Positions 30,936-41,162 of a stretch of 56,428 bases of DNA are shown in pieces. Both the position numbers and the translations under genes were made by a program. The notes below the pieces were generated by a model. The model saw only the letters and a program-made list of their open reading frames with translations, searched no databases and was not told the DNA's origin. This stretch comes from an uncultured Cellvibrionales bacterium (GTDB taxonomy: Bacteria; Pseudomonadota; Gammaproteobacteria; Pseudomonadales; UBA7239). Positions within the stretch are counted from its first letter, which is position 1. Every line of letters begins with the position of its first letter. Where the stretch lies: contig CALMIC010000236.1 of the NCBI GenBank assembly GCA_937864065.1, forward strand, positions 1-56,428, in the 5' to 3' direction.

Positions 30936-32650
30936 TGCAGCAGCCGGATCCGCCGCCAAAGCGCCAGTCTCTGCTGCGGGTCTGGTTCGCTTTGCTGGCG
31001 GTGACGCTGGCCTGCCGCGCTTTCCTGTTGCAAGACCCGGCCGATTGGCTGGCCATTGTCTTTCCGGGGGTCGTTGCTGCCACGGCCTACCTGTTGCTGT
31101 ACTGCCTGTTGCTGCGTTTTCCCGTCTGGCATTTGTCGCTGGCCTGGCTGGCATTGCCGCTGCTGCTGTTTGCCGGTGGCTGGCTGCGTATCTATTGGGC
31201 CGTCCCACTGCTGTTGTTGTGGGGCTATGCGCTAAGGTGCGCCTGGCAGCAGGAGCGCATCGTGCGCTGGCAAGCATCGCGCTCGCAGCTGGCCGGACTG
31301 CTGCTGGTACTCGCCTGGGCCTATTTTTCCGGCGCCGGCAATTACGGCCACCAGTCGCCGGACTACATCATGCACAACGGCCGCCTGCTTGACCTGGTGC
31401 GCGAATCGTGGCCCGTGCACTTCGCCCATGGAACATGGGTGCAGCATCCCGATTACGGCTTGCAGCACAGCTACCTGGTCGGTTATCTCGCTTACTACCT
31501 GCCGCCAGCACTGCTCGGCAAGCTGGCCGGTGAACAGGTTGCCTTTGAGGGCATGCATCTGTGGACGCTGGCCGGTGGCTGGTTGGCCCTGTTGTGGTTG
31601 TGGCGCCTCGCTGGGCCGGCCAGCGGTGTGTTGGCTGCCATCGCGTTGCTGTTGTTCGGTGGCTGGGATGCTGTCGGTGCCGTGGTGTCGCTGGTCGAAG
31701 GCAGTGTGCGGCGGCAAGTGCCGTTCGAGTTGTCGACGATCGGCGCGTTTTTCGGTTCGCTGGACCAGGACACCGGCAGCCTGGATTTCTGGCCGGTGCT
31801 GCTCTTTGGTTATTTTTTCGGTGGTTACCTGTCCAATGCGGCGGAGTTGTTCTGGTCGCCGCACCAGACACTCGCTGCCTGGGTTTGCATGGGGTTGCTG
31901 TTGCAAGCCTTTCGCAGCGGCCACCTGGCGGTATTGTGTTTCATCTATGCCTTGCTGGCATTCTGGTCGCCGATGAACATGGTCGCAACGGCCGTGTTGC
32001 CATTGTGCATGGTGTTGTCGCGCGGTATACACAGTGTGCGCGCAGCGCTGACCACCCACAATGTGGTGGCCGGCGGTAGCATGCTGCTGCTGTTCGCACT
32101 CTACTACCTGTCAGGCAGTGCAGCTGCCAATCCATGCGCGTTTGTCTGGCAACAGTTCGACTTCGACGGGCGCTGGTGGGTGTTCCTGCTGTTCCATGGT
32201 CTGTCGTGGGGCATGTATGCCGTCGCGGTCGCCAGTGGTTGGCGCGGGCTGGCTGCCACTGACCGCTTGGTTTTCCTCGCGCTGTGTGCGGCGTTGCTGT
32301 TGCTGTCGCTGGTGAGTTACGGCCAGTACAACGACCTGTTGTGTCGCGGCATCACCGGGCTGTATTTCCTGCTGCTCGTGTTCCTGTTGCAGCGTGTCGG
32401 CCAGGTGTGGCAGGCGGGCAGGCGTGGCAGGGCGGCGCTGTTGGCAGCCCTGTTATTGCCCGGTACGGTTTCAGGCATGATCCACGCCGAGCGGGCTGTC
32501 TTGCACCATGCCGAGAAAGTGCCTGGCCAGTCTGTGGCGGACTACTACCATGGCTGGGAATTTCTCGGTCGCACGGATTCATTTTTCGTCAGGTATCTTT
32601 CCAGGGAGACGCCAGTCATGTCAGCAATTGAAGCAGGTGCACAACCATGA
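30935..32650 (+). CDS. Polytopic membrane protein of unassigned family (571 aa)
   Basis: Hydrophobic segments run along the whole length (12 or more). The ATG overlaps the proB stop and the stop overlaps the cstA ATG. Codon usage is typical of the window. I recognise no catalytic motif. Confidence 0.75.
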   Translation: MQQPDPPPKRQSLLRVWFALLAVTLACRAFLLQDPADWLAIVFPGVVAATAYLLLYCLLLRFPVWHLSLAWLALPLLLFAGGWLRIYWAVPLLLLWGYALRCAWQQERIVRWQASRSQLAGLLLVLAWAYFSGAGNYGHQSPDYIMHNGRLLDLVRESWPVHFAHGTWVQHPDYGLQHSYLVGYLAYYLPPALLGKLAGEQVAFEGMHLWTLAGGWLALLWLWRLAGPASGVLAAIALLLFGGWDAVGAVVSLVEGSVRRQVPFELSTIGAFFGSLDQDTGSLDFWPVLLFGYFFGGYLSNAAELFWSPHQTLAAWVCMGLLLQAFRSGHLAVLCFIYALLAFWSPMNMVATAVLPLCMVLSRGIHSVRAALTTHNVVAGGSMLLLFALYYLSGSAAANPCAFVWQQFDFDGRWWVFLLFHGLSWGMYAVAVASGWRGLAATDRLVFLALCAALLLLSLVSYGQYNDLLCRGITGLYFLLLVFLLQRVGQVWQAGRRGRAALLAALLLPGTVSGMIHAERAVLHHAEKVPGQSVADYYHGWEFLGRTDSFFVRYLSRETPVMSAIEAGAQP

Positions 32651-34725
32651 TGAGTGTATTGCTATGGACGGGCGTGGCAGCCATCGGTGCGCTGGCCTTC
32701 GCGATGCTGGCGCTGGCCAATGGCGAAACCGTCAATGCCTTGTGGCTGGTCGTGGCAGCCGTGTCGACTTACGCGATTACCTACCGCTTCTACGCGCGTT
32801 TCATTGCGACGCGGGTGATGGAGCTCAATGACCGCCGCCTGACGCCGGCTGAACGGCACAACGATGGCCTCGATTACGTGCCGACACACAAGTGGGTGCT
32901 GTTCGGCCACCATTTCGCGGCGATTGCCGGTGCTGGCCCGCTGGTGGGGCCGGTGCTGGCGGCACAGATGGGCTACCTGCCAGGCACCCTGTGGATTCTC
33001 GTCGGCGTGGTGATTGCTGGTGCAGTGCAGGATGCGATGATCCTGTTTGCCTCGACGCGGCGCGACGGCCGTTCGCTCGGCGAAATGATGCGGCTGGAAA
33101 TGGGCAATACGGCTGGCCTGATCGGCATGCTCGGCATCCTCGCGATTGTCGTCATCCTGCTCGCCGTGCTCGGCATGGTGGTGGTGAAAGCGCTGGTCGG
33201 CAGCCCGTGGGGCGTGTTCACCTTGCTGGCGACTGTGCCGATCGCCATCCTGATGGGCGTGTATTCGCGCTGGTGGCGGCCGGGCAAGGTCGGTGAAGTG
33301 TCAGTGATCGGTTTTGTGCTGCTGATGCTGGCGCTCTGGTATGGCAGTGTGGTGGCACAGGATCCGCAGTGGGGACAGTGGTTGGACCTGAAAGGCGAGA
33401 CGCTCGCCATCGGCCTGATCATCTACGGTTTCATCGCGGCAGTGTTGCCGGTGTGGTTGTTGCTGGCACCGCGTGACTACCTGTCCACGTTTCTCAAGAT
33501 CGGCACCATCATCGCCCTCGCTATCGGCATCGTTCTTGTTGCACCGCCGCTCAAGATGCAGGCGGTGACGCGTTTCATTGATGGCAGTGGCCCGGTATTT
33601 GCCGGATCGTTGTTCCCGTTCCTCTTCATCACAATTGCCTGCGGTGCCGTCAGCGGCTTCCATGCCCTGGTGTCTTCCGGCACCACACCGAAAATGCTGG
33701 AGCGTGAGTCGCATATCCGCACCATCGGTTACGGTGCGATGCTGATGGAGTCCTTTGTGGCGATCATGGCGCTTATCGCTGCCTGTGTGCTGGAGCCGGG
33801 TGTCTATTTCGCGCTGAACAGTTCGCCGGCCGTGATCGGCAAGACGGTAGAGGAAGCTGCGCAGGTGATCAGCAGCTGGGGCTTTGTCGTCACGCCGGAG
33901 ATGCTGTCGCAGATGGCCAGGGATGTCGGTGAAGCGTCGATCCTGTCGCGCACAGGCGGGGCGCCGACCTTTGCTGTCGGTATGGCAAAAATCCTGGCAG
34001 ACATGATCGGTGGCCAGGCGATGATGGCCTTCTGGTATCACTTTGCGATCCTGTTCGAGGCGCTGTTCATCCTCACCACGCTGGATGCTGGCACCCGTGT
34101 GTGCCGCTTCCTGATCCAGGACCTGCTGGGCACTGCAGTGCCGTCACTGGGCAATACGCAGTCATGGGGCGCGAATATCCTGGCGACTGCGCTGGCCGTC
34201 AGCGCCTGGGGCTGGTTCCTCTACCAGGGTGTCACCGATCCGTTCGGCGGCATCAACAGCCTGTGGGCATTGTTCGGCATCGCCAACCAGATGCTGGCCG
34301 GCATGGCCCTGCTGCTGGCGACGGTGATCCTCGTGCGCATGAAAAAGATGCGCTACGTGTGGGTCACTGCAGTGCCTGCCTGCTGGATCCTCATCGTGAC
34401 ACTGACAGCCGGCTGGCAGAAAGTGTTCTCGCCGGACCCGAAGATCGGTTTCCTGTCACACGCGGAAAAATTTGCTGCTGCAATCGAGCGCCAGGAAGTG
34501 CTGGCGCCGGCGAGGAGCCTGCAGCAGATGCAGCAGGTGGTGTTCAATGACCGTGTCGATGCCGTGATGGCGCTGTTCTTTATCGGTGTGGTGCTGGCCA
34601 TGCTGGTCTATGCGGTGCGCGCCATCATCCAGGCGCACCGCCATCCGGGCAGTACTGTGAGCGAATCGGTCGTGGTGTGGCGTGCGGAACAAGCCTGGCG
34701 TGAAGAGGCCGTCTGGCATGAATAA
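32647..34725 (+). CDS. cstA: Carbon starvation protein CstA family transporter
   Basis: 692 aa: YRFYARFIATRVMELNDRRLTPAERHNDGLDYVPTHKWVLFGHHFAAIAGAGPLVGPVLAAQMGYLPG is a strong CstA match. Confidence 0.93.
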   Translation: MMSVLLWTGVAAIGALAFAMLALANGETVNALWLVVAAVSTYAITYRFYARFIATRVMELNDRRLTPAERHNDGLDYVPTHKWVLFGHHFAAIAGAGPLVGPVLAAQMGYLPGTLWILVGVVIAGAVQDAMILFASTRRDGRSLGEMMRLEMGNTAGLIGMLGILAIVVILLAVLGMVVVKALVGSPWGVFTLLATVPIAILMGVYSRWWRPGKVGEVSVIGFVLLMLALWYGSVVAQDPQWGQWLDLKGETLAIGLIIYGFIAAVLPVWLLLAPRDYLSTFLKIGTIIALAIGIVLVAPPLKMQAVTRFIDGSGPVFAGSLFPFLFITIACGAVSGFHALVSSGTTPKMLERESHIRTIGYGAMLMESFVAIMALIAACVLEPGVYFALNSSPAVIGKTVEEAAQVISSWGFVVTPEMLSQMARDVGEASILSRTGGAPTFAVGMAKILADMIGGQAMMAFWYHFAILFEALFILTTLDAGTRVCRFLIQDLLGTAVPSLGNTQSWGANILATALAVSAWGWFLYQGVTDPFGGINSLWALFGIANQMLAGMALLLATVILVRMKKMRYVWVTAVPACWILIVTLTAGWQKVFSPDPKIGFLSHAEKFAAAIERQEVLAPARSLQQMQQVVFNDRVDAVMALFFIGVVLAMLVYAVRAIIQAHRHPGSTVSESVVVWRAEQAWREEAVWHE

Positions 34726-34948
34726 CACCAGGCTGCACCAGATAACGCAGCAGGGCAGGCTGCTGTGGCAACGCTCGGTGGAGACCGCGCGCCTGATGGT
34801 GGGCGTCGGGGATTATGAGCGTTATCGCGAGCACATGCTGTCACACCACCCGGATGTGGCGCCGATGAGCGAGGCGGAATATTTCCGCCATTGCCAGCAG
34901 AGCCGTTACCCGGGCAAGGACGGCAATATCAAACGCTGCCCTTGCTAG
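34718..34948 (+). CDS. YbdD/YjiX-family small protein (CstA-associated)
   Basis: 76 aa from the ATG at 34718, overlapping the cstA stop by 8 nt (ATGAATAA). ...GDYERYREHMLSHHPDVAPMSEAEYFRHCQQSRYPG...KRCPC is the typical family signature and position. Confidence 0.8.
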   Translation: MNNTRLHQITQQGRLLWQRSVETARLMVGVGDYERYREHMLSHHPDVAPMSEAEYFRHCQQSRYPGKDGNIKRCPC

Positions 34949-34954
34949 CGCCTC

Positions 34955-35593
34955 TTACTCGCGGTTGCCGGCCGGGAATTTGTCCATCAGCTTGTTGACG
35001 GCGATGCGCAAGGCTGCGCGCCGTTCCGCTTCATTGCCGCGGCCACTGAGGATACGGGTGGCCGTGCTGTGCCAGATCGTTTCGCCCTGAGGGTTGAACG
35101 CCGCCAGGTGCAGGGTGCCGTTCTGGTAGACCACCGTCTGGTCTTTGGGCGCCTGCAGGCCCTTGAAGCTCGGTGCTTCATCGCGGTCGAATGACCAGCG
35201 CAGGCCGTATTCATTGGCGCGCTGCTCGTTTTCATTGGCGCCATTGCTGGCGATGGCAGCTTCTGCTTGCGATACCACCACGCGGTAGTCGAGCGTGAAA
35301 TCCGCGTTGCCCTTGTCGATACGGCGATAGCCTTTTTCGGCGAGGTGCTTGTCAACGTGTTCGCACAACACGCGGTCGAATTCGGGCAAATGGCTGCCAT
35401 CCGGTTGCAGCTTGCCGAGCGCGCTGAAATCCCAGCGGTAGGTCTTAAGCTGGCTGAAGTCGGCGTCGGCTTCGGTGCCCTGGCGGTCAAACACCGTGCG
35501 CTCGGACGTGGTGCAGGCGAGCAGGGTGCAGGCGAGCAGGGTCAGGAACAGGCCGCGCACAGCGCGCAGGGATGGCAGTGCAGGAGATGTCAT
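34955..35593 (-). CDS. Lipoprotein, probably DUF4136 family
   Basis: ATG at 35593 (the track starts at TTG 35599). The signal peptide carries a lipobox (LLACTLLAC-T). DADFSQLKTYRWDF resembles the DUF4136 N-terminal motif. Confidence 0.6.
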   Translation of the reverse strand: MTSPALPSLRAVRGLFLTLLACTLLACTTSERTVFDRQGTEADADFSQLKTYRWDFSALGKLQPDGSHLPEFDRVLCEHVDKHLAEKGYRRIDKGNADFTLDYRVVVSQAEAAIASNGANENEQRANEYGLRWSFDRDEAPSFKGLQAPKDQTVVYQNGTLHLAAFNPQGETIWHSTATRILSGRGNEAERRAALRIAVNKLMDKFPAGNRE

Positions 35594-35599
35594 GGGCAA

Positions 35600-36445
35600 T
35601 TACCGCGGGTTGGTGGTGGAGGCGCCTTGCGGCGCGCGGGTTTTCATCGAGGAACTGGTCGCCGGCTGGCTGCGCGGCTGGGTGTCGGCCACTTCGACCG
35701 TCACCGGGATCCATTTGCGGATGATGGCGCGCAGCATGCCGTTTTTCTGCATCCAGTCGAGCTGGGTGTTGACGTCTTGCAGCAGCGCATTGTTGTCCTT
35801 GCGCACGGCCCAGCCGAGCTGCTCTTCGGTCAGTGCGTGGTTGAGGCTGATAAGGTCTTCGTAGCGCTTGTCATTGGCCAGCGACCAGCTGGTTGGTGCG
35901 TCATGCAGCAGGAAGTCCACCTGGCCGCCTTTCAACAGCGAGAATGCCTCGCTGATCGATGCCGCGGATACCACCTTGGCCTGTTGCAGTTGCTTGCGGG
36001 CAAACAGCTCACCGGTGGAGCCCTGCACCACGGCGACACTGACCCCCGGGCGGAAGATCGCACCCTTGAAGCTGAAGCGGGCGGCATCGGCAAAGCGGAT
36101 GATCGGGATCTGGCCGGCCTGCAGGTAGGGTTTGCTGAACTGCACCTGCTGGCTGCGTTCCGGCGTGATCGACAGGCCAGACATGATGATATCGATCTCG
36201 CCCGCCTGCAGTGCCGGAATCAGTGCACTGAAATCCTTCTCGACATACTTGATCTTGCGGTCGAGTTGCTGGCCCAGCACCTCGGCGGCGGCGACCTCGA
36301 TGCCGGTCAGTTCGCCGCCATCGCGGTAGGCCAGTGGCGGGTAATCCGGCGCAATGCCGACACGCAGCGGTTCCTTGGCTGACACACCGAAAGCAATGGC
36401 CAGGCAGCTGGCCAGGAGCAACAAGCGGGCTGTGAATCGCATCAT
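35600..36445 (-). CDS. Periplasmic family-3 solute-binding protein (amino-acid ABC type), no cognate permease nearby
   Basis: Internal ATG at 36445 of ORF 35600-36589: MMRFTARLLLLASCLAIAFGVSAKEPLRVGIAPDYPPLAYRD...IDIIMSGLSITPERS. It ends in a low-complexity C-terminal tail. Confidence 0.8.
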   Translation of the reverse strand: MMRFTARLLLLASCLAIAFGVSAKEPLRVGIAPDYPPLAYRDGGELTGIEVAAAEVLGQQLDRKIKYVEKDFSALIPALQAGEIDIIMSGLSITPERSQQVQFSKPYLQAGQIPIIRFADAARFSFKGAIFRPGVSVAVVQGSTGELFARKQLQQAKVVSAASISEAFSLLKGGQVDFLLHDAPTSWSLANDKRYEDLISLNHALTEEQLGWAVRKDNNALLQDVNTQLDWMQKNGMLRAIIRKWIPVTVEVADTQPRSQPATSSSMKTRAPQGASTTNPR

Positions 36446-36518
36446 GAATCCCTGTGGTGATGGCGGTGGAAGATGGCCGGCATCATAACCGTTCCGGCCA
36501 AGGTGGTGAATGATGCTG

Positions 36519-37304
36519 CTAGCCGGCAAGACCGGTTTGCCAGACTTTCCACAACAGCGAGGCACCCATGGCGAGAGACAGTATTTCAAAGCAGCGCTTC
36601 ACCACGCGGCTGCCTTTGGCAATGGCGAGGTGGGCGCCGAGGTAGCCACCGGCGACCGAACCGGCCAGCAGCGCAGGCAGCCAGGTCCAGGCGATCTGGC
36701 CCTGCAGGCCCAGCGTGATGGCACCGGTGCTGTTCCAGAACAGGCCGACCAGGATCAGGGTGTAGGCCACGGCGCGGCTGTAGTCGAAACCGAACCAACG
36801 TACCAGCCACAGCGTGACGAACAGCCCGGTGCCGGAGGTCAGCGAGCCGTTCAGGAAACCGATGGTAAACAGCACGCCGCCGCCAATGGCCATGCCGGCG
36901 CTGTCGCGGTGGCGTGGGGCGCTGGCCTGGCCCAGCGCGGGGTTGGCGATCGAGTATAGGCCCAGGCCGATGGTCAGCAGGCCCAGCAGCAGGGTGCAGA
37001 GGCTGGCGGGGATCGCCAGCACCACCCGGGCGCCGAGCACCACGCCCGGCAGGCCACAGGCGAGGATGAAGCTGGCAAAGCGCCAGTCCAGCGCCTTCTC
37101 CCGGGCATGGCGCAGGGTGGCGCCGATGCCGAGTGCGACGCTGGCGACCTTGTGGGTGGCGAGGGCGAGCGGGAAGGGCAACCCGAGCAGGATCAGCACC
37201 GGCAGTTGCACGAGGCCGGCACCACCGCCCGCCAGCGCCGACAGCAGGTTCGCGACCAGTGCTGCTGCCAGCAGGGCGAGTTGCAGCGCAATGTCGTCGA
37301 GCAC
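36519..37304 (-). CDS. TauE/SafE (DUF81) family anion exporter
   Basis: 261 aa with about 8 TM segments: ALAGGGAGLVQLPVLILLGLP...THKVASV, the typical TauE repeat. Confidence 0.85.
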   Translation of the reverse strand: MLDDIALQLALLAAALVANLLSALAGGGAGLVQLPVLILLGLPFPLALATHKVASVALGIGATLRHAREKALDWRFASFILACGLPGVVLGARVVLAIPASLCTLLLGLLTIGLGLYSIANPALGQASAPRHRDSAGMAIGGGVLFTIGFLNGSLTSGTGLFVTLWLVRWFGFDYSRAVAYTLILVGLFWNSTGAITLGLQGQIAWTWLPALLAGSVAGGYLGAHLAIAKGSRVVKRCFEILSLAMGASLLWKVWQTGLAG

Positions 37305-37316
37305 GCGCCGGTCGTG

Positions 37317-38156
37317 TCAGAGAAAGCGCATCGACAGGTCGATGGCGCGGCAGTGCTTGGTGAGGCCGCCAATCGAGATGAAATCGACGCCGGTGGCGGC
37401 AATCGCGCGCAGGTTGTCGTCACTCACGCCGCCCGAGGCTTCCAGTTTCGCGCGGCCTGCCGTGTGTTTGACGGCCTGGGCCATGTCGTCGAGCGTGAAG
37501 TCATCGAGCATGATCACTTCACAGCCGGCAGCGAGCGCTGCGTCGAGTTCCACAAAATTTTCCACCTCGACTTCGACAGGCTTGCCCGGCGACTGCGCGC
37601 GCGCCTGTTGCACCGCAGCCGCAATGCCGCCACAGGCCGCGATGTGGTTTTCCTTGATCAGGAACGCGTCATACAGGCCGATGCGATGGTTGTGGCAGCC
37701 GCCCACGGTCACGGCGTATTTCTGCGCCGTGCGCAGGCCGGGGATGGTCTTGCGGGTGTCGAGCAGGCGCACACCGGTGCCGGCCACGAGGTCGGCATAG
37801 CGGCGGCAGGTGGTGGCGGTGCCAGACAGCAGCTGCAGGAAATTGAGCGCGGCGCGTTCGGCCGACAGCAGGCTGCGCGCCGGGCCGGCCAGCAGGAACA
37901 GCGTGGTGTCGCCGTCGACACGCTCGCCTTCCGCCACGTGCCAGTCGATGCGGATGCGCTCGTCGACCTGGCGCATGACCTCGTCGACCCAGGGCTGGCC
38001 GCAGACCACCATCGGCTCGCGCGTGATGATGCGCGCATGGCCGGGCTGGCTGGCGGGGATCAGCTGCGCGGTGATGTCGCCGGTGCCGATGTCCTCGGCG
38101 AGCGCGGCGCGGACCTGGCGGATGATGTCGGCTTGCAGGTGCTGGATACGGTGCAT
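37317..38156 (-). CDS. nadC: Nicotinate-nucleotide pyrophosphorylase (quinolinate phosphoribosyltransferase) NadC
   Basis: Internal ATG at 38156 of ORF 37317-38606, giving 279 aa: ...[17 protein letters not shown]...[40 protein letters not shown]... Confidence 0.93.
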   Translation of the reverse strand: MHRIQHLQADIIRQVRAALAEDIGTGDITAQLIPASQPGHARIITREPMVVCGQPWVDEVMRQVDERIRIDWHVAEGERVDGDTTLFLLAGPARSLLSAERAALNFLQLLSGTATTCRRYADLVAGTGVRLLDTRKTIPGLRTAQKYAVTVGGCHNHRIGLYDAFLIKENHIAACGGIAAAVQQARAQSPGKPVEVEVENFVELDAALAAGCEVIMLDDFTLDDMAQAVKHTAGRAKLEASGGVSDDNLRAIAATGVDFISIGGLTKHCRAIDLSMRFL

Positions 38157-38250
38157 GGCGCGGGCTGCTGCAGTGGCGGGGACGATATTGTTGCAGATAA
38201 GCAAGCACTGTGCATGGCGGGGGATTTGCGCGATGATGCGCCCGTTGTGA

Positions 38251-39093
38251 TTGAAGGGGAATGCCATGAAAGAGTTGCGGGGCAAGGTGGCGGTCATTAC
38301 CGGCGCGGGCAGCGGCATTGGCCGCGCACTGGCGCAGGCGTTGGCGGCCGAGGGTTGCCACATCGCCTTGTGCGACATCAATGAAAAAGGCCTGCGCGAG
38401 ACCGAGCAGTTGCTCGCACCGGCCGGCGTGCGCACCAGCGTGCATGTCGGCAGCGTGGCCGATCGCGAGGCCATGGCGCTGTTGCCGGCCGAGATCGAGC
38501 GCATCCATGGCGCCATCCACCTGGTCTTCAACAATGCCGGCGTCACGATCAGCAAGAGCTTCGAGGACCACACGCTCGCCGATTTCGATTTCCTGTTCGG
38601 CATCAACCTGTGGGGCGTGCTCTATGGTTGCCATTATTTCCTGCCGTACCTGAAGAAGCAGGGTGAGGGGCACATCATCAACACGTCGAGCATGGCGGGC
38701 TTCATCGCGTTTCCCAACCAGGCGGCTTACTGCATGTCCAAGTCGGCCGTGAAGGCGCTGAGCGAGACACTGCGCATTGAGCTGGCCTGCCACAACATCG
38801 GTGTCACCAGCATCCACCCGGGTGCGATCCGCACCAACATCATGCATGCGGCGATGGCGAAATCCGGTGCCGATGAGGAGACGAAAAAACTCGCCGCGAT
38901 GGTAGACCGTTTCGGCAAGTCGCCCGAGGCGCTGGCGAAAAAAGTCGTCAAGGCGGTGAAGGCCAACAAGATGCGGGTGCTGGTCGGTCCCGATGCCTAT
39001 CTGCTCGAATTCCTCAAACGCCTGTTCCCCGTGTGGATCCACAAGCCGTTCGAGATGGCCTTCAGCAAGGTGGCTGCGAAAAAACAGGCGTGA
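38251..39093 (+). CDS. Short-chain dehydrogenase/reductase (SDR)
   Basis: [10 protein letters not shown] cofactor motif and the catalytic YxxxK in AAYCMSKSA. The start may be the second ATG at 38266. Confidence 0.85.
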   Translation: MKGNAMKELRGKVAVITGAGSGIGRALAQALAAEGCHIALCDINEKGLRETEQLLAPAGVRTSVHVGSVADREAMALLPAEIERIHGAIHLVFNNAGVTISKSFEDHTLADFDFLFGINLWGVLYGCHYFLPYLKKQGEGHIINTSSMAGFIAFPNQAAYCMSKSAVKALSETLRIELACHNIGVTSIHPGAIRTNIMHAAMAKSGADEETKKLAAMVDRFGKSPEALAKKVVKAVKANKMRVLVGPDAYLLEFLKRLFPVWIHKPFEMAFSKVAAKKQA

Positions 39094-39779
39094 TGGTGAT
39101 GGGCCTGCCCGCTTACCACCTGCTGCGTAGCCGGCGGCGTACGATTGCCATCCATGTGCACGACGGACGTGTTGATGTGCGTGCCCCTCTGCGGGCGGCG
39201 CAGCGCGACATTGATGCCTTCGTGCAGCAGAAAGCCGGCTGGATCGAGAAAAAACTGGCCGAGCTGCGCGCGCAGGCTGTTGAACAGTTCCGCGTCGATG
39301 ACGGCTGCACGATCGAGGTGCTGGGTGAACGTCTCGTCGTGCGCTGGCAACCGGCTGTGCGCGGCGCGGTGCAGCGCGATGGCGATGTGTTGTGCATCCA
39401 GGGTCGCGGGCTCGACGACGAGAAAGCGCGCCGCTTGTTCCTGCGCTGGCTGGCGGAGCAGGCCGGACACACGCTGTTGCCGTTAGCGGAACAGCGCATC
39501 GGCGCGATGGGGTTGTCACACAAGCTTACGGGTTTCACCTTGCGCTACACCCGCAGCCTGTGGGGACGCTGCAGCGGACGCGGCAATATCCTGTTCAACC
39601 CGCTGATCCTGCTGGCGCCGCCGGCAGTGATGGACTACCTCATCGTGCATGAGGCCAGCCACCTGCAGCACATGGACCATTCGCGCGCGTTCTGGGCGCT
39701 GGTCGAACAATATTGCGCGCACTGGCAGCAGGGACGGCGCTGGTTGCGTGAACACGGCCACCGTTTGCGCGTGGCTTGA
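39093..39779 (+). CDS. YgjP-like (DUF45/SprT-like) metal-dependent hydrolase
   Basis: The ATG at 39093 overlaps the SDR stop (TGATG). 228 aa with an HExxH motif in LIVHEASHLQHMDHS. Confidence 0.8.
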   Translation: MVMGLPAYHLLRSRRRTIAIHVHDGRVDVRAPLRAAQRDIDAFVQQKAGWIEKKLAELRAQAVEQFRVDDGCTIEVLGERLVVRWQPAVRGAVQRDGDVLCIQGRGLDDEKARRLFLRWLAEQAGHTLLPLAEQRIGAMGLSHKLTGFTLRYTRSLWGRCSGRGNILFNPLILLAPPAVMDYLIVHEASHLQHMDHSRAFWALVEQYCAHWQQGRRWLREHGHRLRVA

Positions 39780-39797
39780 GAGATTTTCCATTCCGGG

Positions 39798-40253
39798 GTG
39801 AAGTGCGTGGGCAAGGTCATCGATATTTCGACGCATCGCGGTTTCGGCAAGCCCGATCCCGACACGGAAAAGCTGCTCGACTGGCTTGGCGACGATGTGT
39901 TCCTGATCAAGGCAGTCGTGCAGGTGCAATACACGGCGGTCTTCGAGGCCGGCCAGCCGGATGAAGCCGGTTTCGTGGCCGACACGCACGGCTTCGTGGC
40001 ACAAGGGCTCGCTGCCATGCCGTGGGGGCCAGCGCAGCCGGTGGAGCTGCATTTCGAATCGCCTTGCTGGGAGACACTGCAAGCTGTGCAGCAGCGCCTC
40101 GAACCCGAGGCGGTGGTCTATGTTGCGGGTACCTACTTTGTCGAGCTGACGGCACACCCGCCGTTCCTGTCGATATTCCTCGATGCCCCAGAGAGCATCG
40201 AGCCGCTGCCGCCGGGAATGGTGCCGACGGCCTTGCGCTGGTTGCAGGGTTGA
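39798..40253 (+). CDS. Hypothetical acidic protein, 151 aa, no family recognised
   Basis: GTG start. GC3-rich codon usage is consistent with the neighbours and no competing sense gene exists (the antisense ORF 39516-41354 is an artefact). No motif recognised. Confidence 0.55.
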   Translation: MKCVGKVIDISTHRGFGKPDPDTEKLLDWLGDDVFLIKAVVQVQYTAVFEAGQPDEAGFVADTHGFVAQGLAAMPWGPAQPVELHFESPCWETLQAVQQRLEPEAVVYVAGTYFVELTAHPPFLSIFLDAPESIEPLPPGMVPTALRWLQG

Positions 40254-40334
40254 TGCCCGAGCAGGCGGCAGTGGTGGAATGCCTGCGCGACCTCCCCTGA
40301 CAGATCCGCTACAATGCCGCTTCCCTGAATCCGG

Positions 40335-41162
40335 TTGCGGCAATCCGTGGCAGATCAACCCTTTATCGACATCCGCAGTGTGGCCTTTGCCTATGGCGAG
40401 CGCCCCATCCTGAAGGACATCAACCTGCAGATCCCGCGCGGCAAGCTGGTGGCCATCATGGGGGGGAGCGGCTGTGGCAAGACCACGCTGTTGCGCCTGC
40501 TGTCCGGCCAGTACCGGCCACAGCAGGGTGAGGTCATCGTCGGCGGCCAGCGGGTGGACCGCATGAACAGCCGCGAGCTGTTCCGTTTCCGCCGTTCGAT
40601 GGGCATGCTGTTCCAGTTCGGCGCACTGTTCACCGACCTCAGCGTGTTCGACAACGTCGCCTTCCCACTGCGCGAGAACACTGACCTCCCGGAGAGCGTG
40701 ATCCGCGACCTCGTGATGATGAAGCTGTCGGCCGTTGGCCTGCGCGGTACCCAGGACATGAAAACCGCCGAACTGTCCGGCGGCATGGCGCGCCGCATCG
40801 CGCTGGCCCGCGCCATCGCCCTCGACCCGGCGCTGATGCTGTACGACGAGCCATTTACCGGCCTCGACCCGATCTCGCTCGGCGTCATCGCCCATCTGAT
40901 CAAGAAACTCGGCGATGCGCTCGGCACCACGGCGATCATGGTCACGCACGACATCCACCATTCGCTGCAGCTGGCTGATCACGTTTATTTCATGGCTGGT
41001 GGCAAGATCATCGCCTCCGGCACACCGCAGGAAGTGCTGGCCTCCAGCGACCCGTGGGTCGCCCAGTTTGTGCAGGGCGCGGCCGATGGCCCGGTGCAGT
41101 TCGCTTTCCCCGCGCCGACCTCGGTCGGCGAGGATTCTGGCCTGGAGGCACGTCGTGTTTGA
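40335..41162 (+). CDS. mlaF: Phospholipid ABC transporter ATPase MlaF
   Basis: TTG start. The N-terminus (M)RQSVADQ..IDIRSVAF parallels E. coli MEQSVANLVDMRDVSF. Walker A GGSGCGKTT, LSGGMARRIALARA and Walker B LMLYDEPFTGLDP are present. Confidence 0.9.
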   Translation: MRQSVADQPFIDIRSVAFAYGERPILKDINLQIPRGKLVAIMGGSGCGKTTLLRLLSGQYRPQQGEVIVGGQRVDRMNSRELFRFRRSMGMLFQFGALFTDLSVFDNVAFPLRENTDLPESVIRDLVMMKLSAVGLRGTQDMKTAELSGGMARRIALARAIALDPALMLYDEPFTGLDPISLGVIAHLIKKLGDALGTTAIMVTHDIHHSLQLADHVYFMAGGKIIASGTPQEVLASSDPWVAQFVQGAADGPVQFAFPAPTSVGEDSGLEARRV

